IMG/VR virus record: IMGVR_UViG_3300045988_116817
Span: 1 to 30,539 of that record
Source: a virus
Direction: 5' to 3' (one strand)
DNA: 30,539 bases
Position 1 is the first letter of the stretch, and the number at the start of each line of letters is the position of its first letter. Below are positions 6,595 through 16,024 of the stretch, piece by piece. The notes under the pieces are model-generated. The model had not been told where the DNA came from. It was given only the letters and a program-made list of their open reading frames with translations, and did not search any database. The position numbers and the translations under genes were made by a program.

Positions 6595-8226
6595 TTAATC
6601 GCCTCCTACATAAAAAATACCAAGCCCTTTGCCGTGTGTCTCATCTTCTATTTCTTCAATCCTAAAGTTGTTGCTTCTTAAAAATTGACTGAAAAGCAAG
6701 CTTTTAGAGTATGATACTGTCTGATTTAAAAAGTCATTTAGCATTGGAACTTTGCTAGACATTGCATCATCAACGTAACCAGTAAATTGAATTGTTTCGT
6801 TAGTGGTCTTGTCTACGACTTCCATGCCAGTTTCGTCTACGATTGATGATGTTGGTGCTCCACTTTTATCAACATGAAAACCAGCTGCATCCATAGTAAA
6901 TCCGGTTTTAGTGTCAACCTTAGTGACCCCATTTTCTTCAATTTTTGTAATGATTTCAGTATTCTTTTCTGTTGCTGTAATATTTTCTTCAACACGGTTT
7001 GAAATTGTCTTGACACTTTCAACTGTTGCATAATCATTTAATTTATTGTTGACATCTGATATTTTATTGTCTGTTTCAGTTAATTTAGTTGTTGTCTCAG
7101 AAACTGAAGTTGAAATTTTGTCCATTTCAATAGTAAAATTAGCGTTTTTTTCTTCCAAATCATTTACGCTTTTTATTGTGTCTTCTATTTTACCTGCATT
7201 TTTATCAGTTTTTCTTTCTACTTCTAGTAATTTTTCTTTAGTATTTTTAGAATAATCAAAGTCTTCTGAAGTCTCACTAATTTCATCTGCTGATAAATAT
7301 ACTGAATAGTTTTCTGAATTTTCCCAGTCATTCCCTAACCAGCTTAATTTAATTGACATTACCAAAGAAACTAAACTATTGCCCCAAATATCAACATATT
7401 TAACTTTGTCTCCTAATTTAATCAAAAGTTTATTATTAACAAATTCACTTTTAATTGAATATTTTATAAATGAAAAGTTATTTACTCTTTCATAAATTGG
7501 TACAATTGTGGTACTTCTTAAATCAGTTGTACTTTCAGTATCTTGTGGGTCTAAAATGTAATTATTGTTAATTCTTAACATAACTGGTGTATTTGGTTGT
7601 TCAATAGGATAAGTATAATCATCTCCGCCTTCACGTCCTAATACAACACAATTAATCGCTTTGCTAGTTTCTTTTTCAGTAGTCAATTCTGTCCAGTCAG
7701 TTATTTCATGCACAGTATTAGTAAACCAATTGAAATAAAATTTATCATTTTCATCAGTTATAACGAAACTTGCTCCAGCTTGCGCTATCATAGAAATAAC
7801 TTGTCTATTACTAGCGCCACTTTCTACATATGGTTCAGTTTGTAATACTAAATCACTATTAGGAAAATCCGAATTATCATATATTAATTCGCACTCGTCA
7901 AAAATTGAATTTCTCCATTCTTTTAAAGTACAAGGAAAAGAATGCTTACTGCTTACGTATAAAGTATCTAATTTATATTTGACGTCATAACATTCCAACT
8001 TAATATTTACTTTTTCTTGGACCGGTTCAACATTATATATATAAAATGAGCCTTTTGGAGTACTTATCCATTTACCTTTGAAAGAACTATACTCATTGCT
8101 TTCATTAATCATTTGCAAGGTAGCTTTCCCTAATTCACAACTTCCTAAAATATTACCACCAGTATTTAAGGAACACTCATAATCAAATGACTGTAATTTT
8201 TTTCCATCATAAGTAATGTATTCCAT
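6595..8226 (-). CDS. Prophage tail / tail-associated baseplate protein with coiled-coil C-terminal half
   Basis: Position downstream of the tape measure module, N-terminal tail-component-like sequence, and long heptad region (KNAGKIEDTIKSVNDLEEKNANFTIEM...). Confidence 0.65.
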   Translation of the reverse strand: MEYITYDGKKLQSFDYECSLNTGGNILGSCELGKATLQMINESNEYSSFKGKWISTPKGSFYIYNVEPVQEKVNIKLECYDVKYKLDTLYVSSKHSFPCTLKEWRNSIFDECELIYDNSDFPNSDLVLQTEPYVESGASNRQVISMIAQAGASFVITDENDKFYFNWFTNTVHEITDWTELTTEKETSKAINCVVLGREGGDDYTYPIEQPNTPVMLRINNNYILDPQDTESTTDLRSTTIVPIYERVNNFSFIKYSIKSEFVNNKLLIKLGDKVKYVDIWGNSLVSLVMSIKLSWLGNDWENSENYSVYLSADEISETSEDFDYSKNTKEKLLEVERKTDKNAGKIEDTIKSVNDLEEKNANFTIEMDKISTSVSETTTKLTETDNKISDVNNKLNDYATVESVKTISNRVEENITATEKNTEIITKIEENGVTKVDTKTGFTMDAAGFHVDKSGAPTSSIVDETGMEVVDKTTNETIQFTGYVDDAMSSKVPMLNDFLNQTVSYSKSLLFSQFLRSNNFRIEEIEDETHGKGLGIFYVGGD

Positions 8227-8642
8227 TAGTTCACATCTCCATATCCAGCAAATTCAATAGTAAACTTATCATACTTTATGTTATCAGTATTATTATCAGT
8301 TGGTATTTCCCAAATTTTAGGGTTAGGCTTTTTAGCGTAAAACTCTCTAGTTACAAATTTGTTAAGATATTTTTCAAAATAATAAATGTTGACTTTAACT
8401 AATTTAAGCAATTTTAAAAGGGGATATATTTCCCCTTGTGTTAATCTTTTTTCTATTTCCAATGTTGCAGCTGGTATTTCAGCACATCTTTTTCTACTCA
8501 AATAACCACTTAGTTTTCCTCTTTCTGCTGAACTTTCTAAGTCATTTAAATATGGCCCAGTAACTCCAGATGGTAACCACTCCCACGGTATCTCAAAAAA
8601 CTCAGTTGCATCACTGGGATTACTTATTTTAATCTTATTCAT
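8226..8642 (-). CDS. Small tail protein (DUF6711-like)
   Basis: 138 aa between tape measure and tail tip genes; SGYLSRKRCAEIPAATLEIEKRLTQGEIYPLLKLLK. Confidence 0.5.
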   Translation of the reverse strand: MNKIKISNPSDATEFFEIPWEWLPSGVTGPYLNDLESSAERGKLSGYLSRKRCAEIPAATLEIEKRLTQGEIYPLLKLLKLVKVNIYYFEKYLNKFVTREFYAKKPNPKIWEIPTDNNTDNIKYDKFTIEFAGYGDVN

Positions 8643-8654
8643 TGCATACCTCCT

Positions 8655-10505
8655 TTACGAAACAAATAGTGGTCGTCCTAATTCTTTTTCGGTCAACCTA
8701 ATACTATCGTAAACCACCTTTTTAAAATCATTATTGCCAAATTGTAATACGAATGTTAAATTCTTTAATATAATTTCTCTTTCACTATCACTCAAACTAG
8801 ATAATGAACCCATAAATTCTTGCATAACTTCTCTATTTGCTTGTTTAATTGTTTCAAGTGGAGCTTCAATATTAGTTCCACGCTTTTGGTCTCCTAAAAC
8901 AGCCATAAATTCATGTCTAGGTGGTATAACAGTACCTTTTGCCAAACGTGGTAAATTAAACGTTGGTAAAGAACTGATATTTATTCCTGGTACTTTATTA
9001 ATAACCTTAATCATTTTATTTATAGATTTAATAGGAAAGTTAAGTATACCTTCTATTGCACTTAAAACTCCATTAATAACAGTCTTAAATGCTCCACCAA
9101 TGGCATCTCCAACTTTAGTACCAATTTTTTTGAATAATGTTACAATTTTTGATATTAAATTACTAAAAAAATCTACCATAGACTTAAATTTGTCTTTTAC
9201 CCATTGTACAGCACTTCCTACTCCATCTTTAATTCCTTGCCCCATGCTTTTGAAAAAATCTGTTACTGGTTTTATTATATGTTCGTAAATCCAACTACCT
9301 ACTTTGCCTAAGGTTTCTTTAATTTTATCCCAATTTTTATATATAGCTAAACCTAAAGCAACTATTAACCCTATAATAGCAGTAATTATTGCTGGAAAAC
9401 CTCCGAATATTAAGAATACACCAGTAGCTATAATTCCAATTCCTAAAAGTATTTGGCCAAAATTTTCCCACGTTGGTTCTTTTAAATAATCAATTATTCC
9501 TTGTATCAAAATAACAAGTCCACCAACTATCAACATAATCCCTGCAATTGTTACAGCGTTTGTGCTAATAAATGCAAACAGTGGTTTTAATACACTTGAT
9601 AATTGAGATAATGCACCTATTATTTCAGAAAACTTTATCAACGCTAAAAATGTTACTATCCCTAAAAAGAAAGCAATTATTTCTTCCTTGTTTTCAACTA
9701 TAAAATTTTTAATGTTATTTAATAATTCTAACAACTTGGCACTGTATTGTATTTCTCCATCATAGTTTACGCTTGAGCCACTACCACTTCCACTTGAATT
9801 TGATATTACTTCTAATTTATCAAAACTTGCTAATGAACCGCTTGCCTCTTTTCCACTTTTACCAACGCTATTTAGTTCTTTTGAAAGTTTCTTTGCTTCT
9901 TTTCTAGTATCATCTATGCTTTTACCAAATAATCCTGAAATAAAAATAGCGATAGTTCCAGTTAATTTAGATAAAGCATTCATTAATGAATTTATGGCTG
10001 GTAGACATGCATTATAAATTGGCGCAAATGCTGTCATTAAATTTGCTTTAATTGAATTTAAACTATTTGCATAATTATCATTTGTTTTTAAAAGATTTAA
10101 GAAACCATTTCTTAAATTTGTAAGTTGATTTCTCAGAAAACTAAACACCATAGCAGTACCTATTAATCTAGTCATTCTCTTTTTAAAACTGTCTATTTTT
10201 GTACCTATATTATCTATTCCTACACCAAATTTTTGTATATTTTTTGTTTCAAGACTTTCATTGATAGCATTTTTTAAATTGTTTGCACCATTTTTGCTTT
10301 CTTCAAATTTACTTTCCATAACATCTAGTTGTGAGCCTAAATATTGTAACCTTTGCGCTTCGTTATCCTTTATTACGCCATTATCTGCTAAAAATTGTAA
10401 TTCTTCCATCTTGTCTTTTACTTTTTGTATGGCTAACTCTTGACTTCTTAATGAATCAACACTTTTATTATATTTATCTATCAATTTCTCAGTATCTTTT
10501 TCCAA
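8655..10505 (-). CDS. Tail tape measure protein (annotated N-terminus incomplete)
   Basis: 616 aa, coiled-coil N-terminus, multiple central TM segments, KDKFKSMVDFFSNLISKIVTLFKKIGTKVGDAIGGAFKTVINGVL. Track start is TTG, but the frame stays open upstream with plausible coding sequence to about 10580. Confidence 0.85.
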   Translation of the reverse strand: MEKDTEKLIDKYNKSVDSLRSQELAIQKVKDKMEELQFLADNGVIKDNEAQRLQYLGSQLDVMESKFEESKNGANNLKNAINESLETKNIQKFGVGIDNIGTKIDSFKKRMTRLIGTAMVFSFLRNQLTNLRNGFLNLLKTNDNYANSLNSIKANLMTAFAPIYNACLPAINSLMNALSKLTGTIAIFISGLFGKSIDDTRKEAKKLSKELNSVGKSGKEASGSLASFDKLEVISNSSGSGSGSSVNYDGEIQYSAKLLELLNNIKNFIVENKEEIIAFFLGIVTFLALIKFSEIIGALSQLSSVLKPLFAFISTNAVTIAGIMLIVGGLVILIQGIIDYLKEPTWENFGQILLGIGIIATGVFLIFGGFPAIITAIIGLIVALGLAIYKNWDKIKETLGKVGSWIYEHIIKPVTDFFKSMGQGIKDGVGSAVQWVKDKFKSMVDFFSNLISKIVTLFKKIGTKVGDAIGGAFKTVINGVLSAIEGILNFPIKSINKMIKVINKVPGINISSLPTFNLPRLAKGTVIPPRHEFMAVLGDQKRGTNIEAPLETIKQANREVMQEFMGSLSSLSDSEREIILKNLTFVLQFGNNDFKKVVYDSIRLTEKELGRPLFVS

Positions 10506-10601
10506 AGAACTAAAATCTTTGCTTATTTTATCATACTTTAATCTTGTATCTATTACTATTGCACCTTTTTGTATTGACAGACATGTAACACCTCCTCATT
10601 T

Positions 10602-11171
10602 TTAATTTTTATTAAATTCCATAAAAAATTCTTTTCTTGCTTCTGATTTTTTATGTATTGTTTTATCCTCTAGATCTATCAAAGATTTTATTTTTTTATA
10701 TTGAGCCTTTTCTTCTTTAGTCAATTTGCCTTCATTCAGCCTAGTTCTATAATAAGTAATTTCTCCAAACATGCACTCTGATTTCATATCCATAAATAAA
10801 CTCATAAATTTCCACCAATGCAAATTTGGTTTCTCTTCAATATCTATTTTATGAGTTGCATTTATTCCACTATAAATATAATTTGCATCTTTTTTAAATG
10901 AATAAATTCTTTGTGAAGATGCTTCGTTACTAAATGTTCCATCACAGTCAATAAATCTAATAGCTTTTTCAATAGCAATTTCTAGATGTTCTTCCGGAAT
11001 GTTGTCAACATAAAGATTTTTAATCATTATGTATGCCTTCTCTTCTTTTGTAAGCTCATCATCCTCAAAAGCAATTAGTATATTTATAATAGTTTTATAA
11101 TCATAGTTGATATCGTATAATTTATCTTTAAGCCTGATTTTTTTAGGTAAAGAATCTGTTAAGATATTCAT
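10602..11171 (-). CDS. Gp15-like tail assembly protein
   Basis: Bacteriophage Gp15-like composition and position upstream of the tape measure; start overlaps the previous stop (TAATG). Confidence 0.65.
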   Translation of the reverse strand: MNILTDSLPKKIRLKDKLYDINYDYKTIINILIAFEDDELTKEEKAYIMIKNLYVDNIPEEHLEIAIEKAIRFIDCDGTFSNEASSQRIYSFKKDANYIYSGINATHKIDIEEKPNLHWWKFMSLFMDMKSECMFGEITYYRTRLNEGKLTKEEKAQYKKIKSLIDLEDKTIHKKSEARKEFFMEFNKN

Positions 11172-11635
11172 TATAGCACTTCTATTTCTTCCTTATTTTT
11201 AGAAATGTACTTATTTACTTTTTTTGTTCTATCTTCAGTTACATAAGGCATAACAAATTCTAATAATGGCTTTAATGTTTCAATATCTAAAGTTCCACCA
11301 GTAAATATTTCTATTGTTTCTTTACCAAAAACTTCGCTCAAATCATTAAATATTTCTTTGTAAGTTTGTTCTTCTAATTCCATAGCATCACAAACTATCT
11401 TAATATCTTCTTCGTGTTTTTCAAAATCTTCAATAGAAGTAAATTCTGCATTTGATAAATTTGGTATTTTTTTATCTTTTAGTTTGTTCAATGCTAAAGT
11501 GCTTTTTCTTATAGCACTTGAAAGCTTTCCCATAATTCTACTATCACTAGGATTAAACTTTAATTCTCCTAATTTATTACCATTTTCATCTATAATGTCT
11601 TCTGTAATGAAGTTATTTTTAATTACTATTCCCAT
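11171..11635 (-). CDS. Tail assembly chaperone-like protein
   Basis: Position between tail tube and Gp15, 154 aa acidic helical protein. Confidence 0.55.
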   Translation of the reverse strand: MGIVIKNNFITEDIIDENGNKLGELKFNPSDSRIMGKLSSAIRKSTLALNKLKDKKIPNLSNAEFTSIEDFEKHEEDIKIVCDAMELEEQTYKEIFNDLSEVFGKETIEIFTGGTLDIETLKPLLEFVMPYVTEDRTKKVNKYISKNKEEIEVL

Positions 11636-11688
11636 ATCTAATCTCCTCCAATAAAATTTAAAAATAAGGAGGGCATTACGCCCTCATG

Positions 11689-12231
11689 TTATTCAGTAGT
11701 TGTAGCAGTAAATGTCTTTGTAGTTGCATTAAATGTTCCATGTACTTTGTTACCTTCCCAGTTTAAAGTAATAGGACCATTTAATTTAGTAGTATCTCCA
11801 CCCCAAGACTTTAAGTCAACTATTGCACTTTCAGTAAATGCTCCATAAGAGCCATCAGTCTGTTTATCTGCTAAAGTGACTTCCATACATTGTAATTTTG
11901 CTTTATCTCCAACTAAGTTATACTTAAACATTAAATATAATATCTTTGATAAAACATCATTACCTCTTATTGCAATTGGGTCTATTTCTGTAGTTTGAGC
12001 ACCACTTGTATGGTCAATATTGGTTTTACCTAAAACATTTTTCTTTGCTTCTATTTCATTGTTTATTTCTCTTGTTAATTCATCGTTGTCCTCTCCAAAA
12101 GGAACCCATGCTGGTGTAGTTCCATAAACAATTCCATTTTCGTCACACGCTGTAATGTTTGAATTAAACATTGTTACATGGTCCTCACGATTAAATTTAT
12201 TAGTTCCTGTCAATAAGCTTAACTCTGCCAT
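11689..12231 (-). CDS. Major tail (tube) protein
   Basis: 180 aa MAELSLLTGTNKFNREDHVTMFNSNITA...; conserved position. Confidence 0.7.
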   Translation of the reverse strand: MAELSLLTGTNKFNREDHVTMFNSNITACDENGIVYGTTPAWVPFGEDNDELTREINNEIEAKKNVLGKTNIDHTSGAQTTEIDPIAIRGNDVLSKILYLMFKYNLVGDKAKLQCMEVTLADKQTDGSYGAFTESAIVDLKSWGGDTTKLNGPITLNWEGNKVHGTFNATTKTFTATTTE

Positions 12232-12692
12232 ATACTTTCCTCCTTTTTTTCATACAGCAATTTACATGTCATTTGATACCTAGCAACTGTATTATCTTTA
12301 TTAGTTCCATATAAACAGCCTCCACTCATTACCTCAATCGAAGTTGGCGTTTCTCCGTTATTTAAAGTTGGTAATAATCGTTTTGCATTGTTCATATACA
12401 ACCAGTCCGCTATTTTTTCAAATGTTAATAAATTATTTATATTTTGAGTATCATCAATTATGTTAAAGAAAACACGACTTGCAATTATAAATTGACACTG
12501 TCTAAATGTTTTTGTCTTTAACACATTAGTTCCTAAAATATTAGGAATTTCTAGTTGTTCTAAAGACCAACACTCACTTTCCTTAGAATCAACATTTAAG
12601 TAGTCCACTTTGATTTTTGCTAATTCATCCAAATAAGGACACTTTTTAATATAGTCTTTTATGCACTCAATAATAGCTTTCTTATCTTCCAT
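12219..12692 (-). CDS. Head-tail connector / minor structural protein (tail terminator-like)
   Basis: 157 aa, synteny between capsid and tail tube. Confidence 0.5.
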   Translation of the reverse strand: MEDKKAIIECIKDYIKKCPYLDELAKIKVDYLNVDSKESECWSLEQLEIPNILGTNVLKTKTFRQCQFIIASRVFFNIIDDTQNINNLLTFEKIADWLYMNNAKRLLPTLNNGETPTSIEVMSGGCLYGTNKDNTVARYQMTCKLLYEKKEESIWQS

Positions 12693-13134
12693 TGTTTCCT
12701 CCTATAATTTTAGTGATATTGTTTAATAGTTGTTCCATTTCCACATCTATCATTCTATCAAACCATTTAGCACCCCTTAAACCACCACCGTGGAACTCTA
12801 AATCACGACCTTTGGGGTCCATTATCTTCTTTGTGTTAGGTCTACTCCAAAAACCATAATTTGGAGCAAAAAAGGCACCTTTTAAAGTTATTGGATCAAC
12901 CATTAATTTTCCTTCATAAAGATAATTGGCATCAGGTGTATTCCAAACTACTTGTCCACTTCCAAGTTTTGTATTAACAACACCTGAATTGTGAATATGT
13001 TTTCCAGGTAAATAAGGTTCACTACGATAAAGCACAAATTCATCTATGTATTTTTGAACTTTACCGCCGCGGTCTAATCCAACTGACTTTTTTAATTCTT
13101 CGCTTGAAATATTTAAATGAGCTTTAAAATTCAT
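12682..13134 (-). CDS. Minor capsid / head-tail joining protein
   Basis: GKVQKYIDEFVLYRSEPYLPGKHIHNSG..., typical minor capsid family, WFDRMIDVEMEQLLNNI C-terminus. Confidence 0.6.
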   Translation of the reverse strand: MNFKAHLNISSEELKKSVGLDRGGKVQKYIDEFVLYRSEPYLPGKHIHNSGVVNTKLGSGQVVWNTPDANYLYEGKLMVDPITLKGAFFAPNYGFWSRPNTKKIMDPKGRDLEFHGGGLRGAKWFDRMIDVEMEQLLNNITKIIGGNNGR

Positions 13135-13512
13135 TTAATCAGTTATTTCAATATTTTGTAAGTCAGCAGCACCATATAGATTTTTAGAAATGGTTTTAAT
13201 TAGAAAATAATCTTTATCTGACTTTTGTATTTCTGATAAGTTTTCTACTTCTTTAAATTCTCCTATTACTACCACATCATTAACTTTTAAAGTGAAATTG
13301 TTTTCTTTATTACCAAGCTTTTTATAGTCTCCATATTCCAAATAGTCTCTAATTGCTATGTCAGAAAATATAACATCATGAGCTGAAGTGAATTTTTCTC
13401 CCTTACCCTCTTGCGATATTATTGTCTTATTGTTTACAAACACATTATTAACTACTTTTCTATACATCTTTTCTTCAACCAAATTATAAATAGTTATAGT
13501 ATCATTAAACAT
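13135..13512 (-). CDS. Head completion / connector protein (DUF6751-like)
   Basis: 125 aa MFNDTITIYNLVEEKMYRKVV, beta-rich, syntenic. Confidence 0.45.
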   Translation of the reverse strand: MFNDTITIYNLVEEKMYRKVVNNVFVNNKTIISQEGKGEKFTSAHDVIFSDIAIRDYLEYGDYKKLGNKENNFTLKVNDVVVIGEFKEVENLSEIQKSDKDYFLIKTISKNLYGAADLQNIEITD

Positions 13513-13912
13513 CTTGCCCTCTAAACATTAAGCCAGTATCAGCAATGTTTTGATAACATATTTCATAACATTTATAATCTAGTTTAGTTGAAGATAAAAT
13601 TCTTTGAGCTAATAGACTGCTCTTACTTGAAAAAGTCTTTGAATGGGGTCCCACAGTTTCACTAACAACTTCTTTCTGAGAATCATTTTCTACCTTATCA
13701 ATTTTCATATCTTGACTATAAATAACTTCCGCAATTTCACATACAGTATTCTTTATTATATCTGTTAAATTATCACTACTTATTCTATTAAAAGTAAAGA
13801 AGTTAACTTTAGAACTCGCTTTTATTGAATATTTTTGAAATGAAGATTCAGGTATGCTAGAACCTCCATAATTTTTAGAATAATAGTTATAATCTACTAT
13901 TTTAGTTAGCAT
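13505..13912 (-). CDS. Head-tail connector protein
   Basis: 135 aa, located directly after the capsid genes. Confidence 0.45.
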   Translation of the reverse strand: MLTKIVDYNYYSKNYGGSSIPESSFQKYSIKASSKVNFFTFNRISSDNLTDIIKNTVCEIAEVIYSQDMKIDKVENDSQKEVVSETVGPHSKTFSSKSSLLAQRILSSTKLDYKCYEICYQNIADTGLMFRGQDV

Positions 13913-13924
13913 ACCTTACACCTC

Positions 13925-14197
13925 CTATTCAGAATCTTTTTTATTTTTCTTTTCTTTTGTTTCTAGTAATTCCTTAACTTGATTTTCAAGTTCTACTTTC
14001 TCAGCAGTTAAAGTTTCAACTTGAATTGTTAATTCCTTAACTTGATTACTCAATTCTTCTGGTAATTTTTCTAAATCACTTTTTTCAGTTCTTAAAATTT
14101 CATTTTCAGTACGTAAAGTACTTACTTCTTGTCTTAATAATTCTAATTCTGCACTACTATTTTTAGAAATAATACCAGTTCCAACTCTTGTAGCCAT
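13925..14197 (-). CDS. Small coiled-coil protein downstream of the major capsid gene
   Basis: 90 aa heptad-rich sequence. Confidence 0.5.
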   Translation of the reverse strand: MATRVGTGIISKNSSAELELLRQEVSTLRTENEILRTEKSDLEKLPEELSNQVKELTIQVETLTAEKVELENQVKELLETKEKKNKKDSE

Positions 14198-14220
14198 ATT
14201 TTTTCTCCTTTCTTAGAAAA

Positions 14221-15228
14221 CTAAGCAAGTGGCTTAGCAGATACACGAACACCAGCCACTTTGTTTTCATAAATATCAACTATACCATATACTCTGTGTT
14301 TTTGAATATAAGCATCACTGTCAGTGTTATTTTGTGGAACAATAATATCAGATGCTGTATGTTTTGGCCATTTTAATATAGCAGATTTTTCAACTATCAT
14401 GAAGTTGATATCTTTTCCTTCCTCAGCAACTAACTCATAATAATCAGTTCCAGATGCTAAAGTATTACCAGTGAATTTAGTGTAAGTGTCTCCACTTTTA
14501 GTGTAATATGTTTTACCACTTACATAACTTGCATCTTTAGTCTTTTCATATTCAGCACTCGCTTTTTCATAACCACCAATCGACTCTTTTCCTTCATCTC
14601 CACTTAATAGATTGATAGCAGTATAGAATCTCTTTTGTGGTACTTTAACAATACCAGCAAATTCATCTAAAACACCTGTTGATTTATATTTTTCAACATT
14701 TTGTGCTTTTCTAAGTAATGTAGATGTGATAAATAAGTATCTTGATACTCCATTAACTTCTTCTTCATCCATAGCACTTTGTTCTCTTTGAATTGCACTT
14801 AAAATATCATCACCACTTGTTAAAGTTTCATTAGTAATAGAAACCCCTTCTTTTCCAGCAAGTGTTGCATAAGTAAATGCATCTTGTTCTGGTGCTGACT
14901 GTGTTCTAGCAAATTCTCCAGCTAATTTACCAAAAGCAAGTTCTGCACTTTCTTCATTATCCATAGTATCAACTTCAAATTTTGTACCACGGTCATAATT
15001 AGCTTTATGAGTTTCCCACTCTAATTTTACGTTTCCTTTCTTATAACCACTATTTCTTGAATAATCTTTTAAACCATCCATAGAATATTTAGCAATTAAA
15101 AATTCTCCAGCTTTTTGTCCCATTTTTATATCTTTTTCAGGACTATTTAAAATACTAGATGTTTCCGCATTTTTATATACCTCATCTAGCACAGGTACAT
15201 AGTTTTTTGACAATGTAATATTGTTCAT
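14221..15228 (-). CDS. Major capsid protein
   Basis: 335 aa. NDEESAELAFGKLAGEFARTQSAPEQDAFTYATLAG and C-terminal GIVDIYENKVAGVRVSAKP are typical of phage coat proteins; directly after a scaffold gene. Confidence 0.8.
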   Translation of the reverse strand: MNNITLSKNYVPVLDEVYKNAETSSILNSPEKDIKMGQKAGEFLIAKYSMDGLKDYSRNSGYKKGNVKLEWETHKANYDRGTKFEVDTMDNEESAELAFGKLAGEFARTQSAPEQDAFTYATLAGKEGVSITNETLTSGDDILSAIQREQSAMDEEEVNGVSRYLFITSTLLRKAQNVEKYKSTGVLDEFAGIVKVPQKRFYTAINLLSGDEGKESIGGYEKASAEYEKTKDASYVSGKTYYTKSGDTYTKFTGNTLASGTDYYELVAEEGKDINFMIVEKSAILKWPKHTASDIIVPQNNTDSDAYIQKHRVYGIVDIYENKVAGVRVSAKPLA

Positions 15229-15249
15229 ATTATTTTCCTCCTCTTTTGA

Positions 15250-15792
15250 TTATTTTTTATCTGTACTTAGACCCATTGCTTCACGTAATTGGTCTGTTGT
15301 ACTATCTTCTTTTGGAGCTTGTGGTGTAGTTGTAAATTTTGGATTTGCAACATCACTAAGGAATGCCCCACTATCCTTTTCTTGTAAATCTTTAAGCCAT
15401 TCAGAAGCACCTAAGAATTTCTTTGACTCTTCATCATACTTAAAGTCTTTAGCATTAAATTGCGCTATTACTCCAGCTTTAGCGCTTTCACTTGCAAATT
15501 TAATGTCATTAAAAAAAGCATTAGTTCTTTCTTCTCTAATACTTCTTTCTTTAGCATCATTTTGTTCTTTAATTAAATCATTGTATTTAGTTTCCCATTC
15601 TGATGCTGATTTTTTGATGCTTTCAATGTCCATATCTTTGTAAGATTTTATTTCATTGTTAGCATCATCAAGTTGTGCTTTTAAATTGTCTTTCTCCTCT
15701 CTAAGTACTTGAGTACTTTTTCCATACTCAGCCATAATTGTGTCAATAGTCTCCTTTTCAAGTTTTAGACCTTCTAAAAATTCACGTTTCAT
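15250..15792 (-). CDS. Scaffolding protein (phage minor structural GP20-like)
   Basis: MKREFLEGLKLEKETIDTIMAEYGKSTQVLREEKDNLKAQL, N-terminal coiled coil, upstream of the capsid gene. Confidence 0.8.
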   Translation of the reverse strand: MKREFLEGLKLEKETIDTIMAEYGKSTQVLREEKDNLKAQLDDANNEIKSYKDMDIESIKKSASEWETKYNDLIKEQNDAKERSIREERTNAFFNDIKFASESAKAGVIAQFNAKDFKYDEESKKFLGASEWLKDLQEKDSGAFLSDVANPKFTTTPQAPKEDSTTDQLREAMGLSTDKK

Positions 15793-15947
15793 ATATTTTT
15801 CCTCCTTCGTATTTTTTACGTGGTCACGTCCACGTGTGAATTAAAATATTTACTAGTCCTATCGTTGCTATGTCACACGAAAAAAGCCGATATTTCTATC
15901 AACTTGGTGCCTTTGTAGGAATTGCACCTACTATTTTCTTTCAAGGC
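15793..15947 (-). promoter_or_regulatory. Structured 5' leader of the scaffold gene
   Basis: Minus strand helices: AAGGC/GCCTT complement pair (15943-15947/15909-15913), GTAGG/CCTAC (15927-15931/15915-15919), CGTGTGA/TCACACG (15873-15879/15833-15839), ACGTGG/CCACGT (15830-15835/15818-15823). Confidence 0.5.
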
Positions 15948-15950
15948 ATT

Positions 15951-15974
15951 AAAAAAGTGCTTTATTTAGCACTT
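15951..15974 (-). terminator. Intrinsic terminator between the minor capsid-toxin gene and the scaffold gene
   Basis: Minus strand AAGTGC TAAATAAA GCACTT TTTT. Confidence 0.6.
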
Positions 15975-15989
15975 ATATTGTATAAAAAT

Positions 15990-16018
15990 TTGACTTTTTA
16001 CATAAAATATAGTAAAAT
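15990..16018 (+). promoter_or_regulatory. Plus-strand sigma-A-like promoter
   Basis: TTGACT (15990-15995), 17-nt spacer, TAAAAT (16013-16018). Confidence 0.5.
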
Positions 16019-16024
16019 GTAAGT

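Noticed and set aside
11165-11180. Programmed frameshift between the two tail chaperone genes
   Set aside because: The junction is a simple TAATG stop/start overlap and I saw no convincing slippery heptamer; translational coupling is the simpler reading.
15915-15935. Cobalamin-riboswitch-like GGTGCAATTCC motif
   Set aside because: The 11-nt string resembles the B12 box, but the surrounding conserved elements and any B12-related gene are missing; probably chance within a hairpin.
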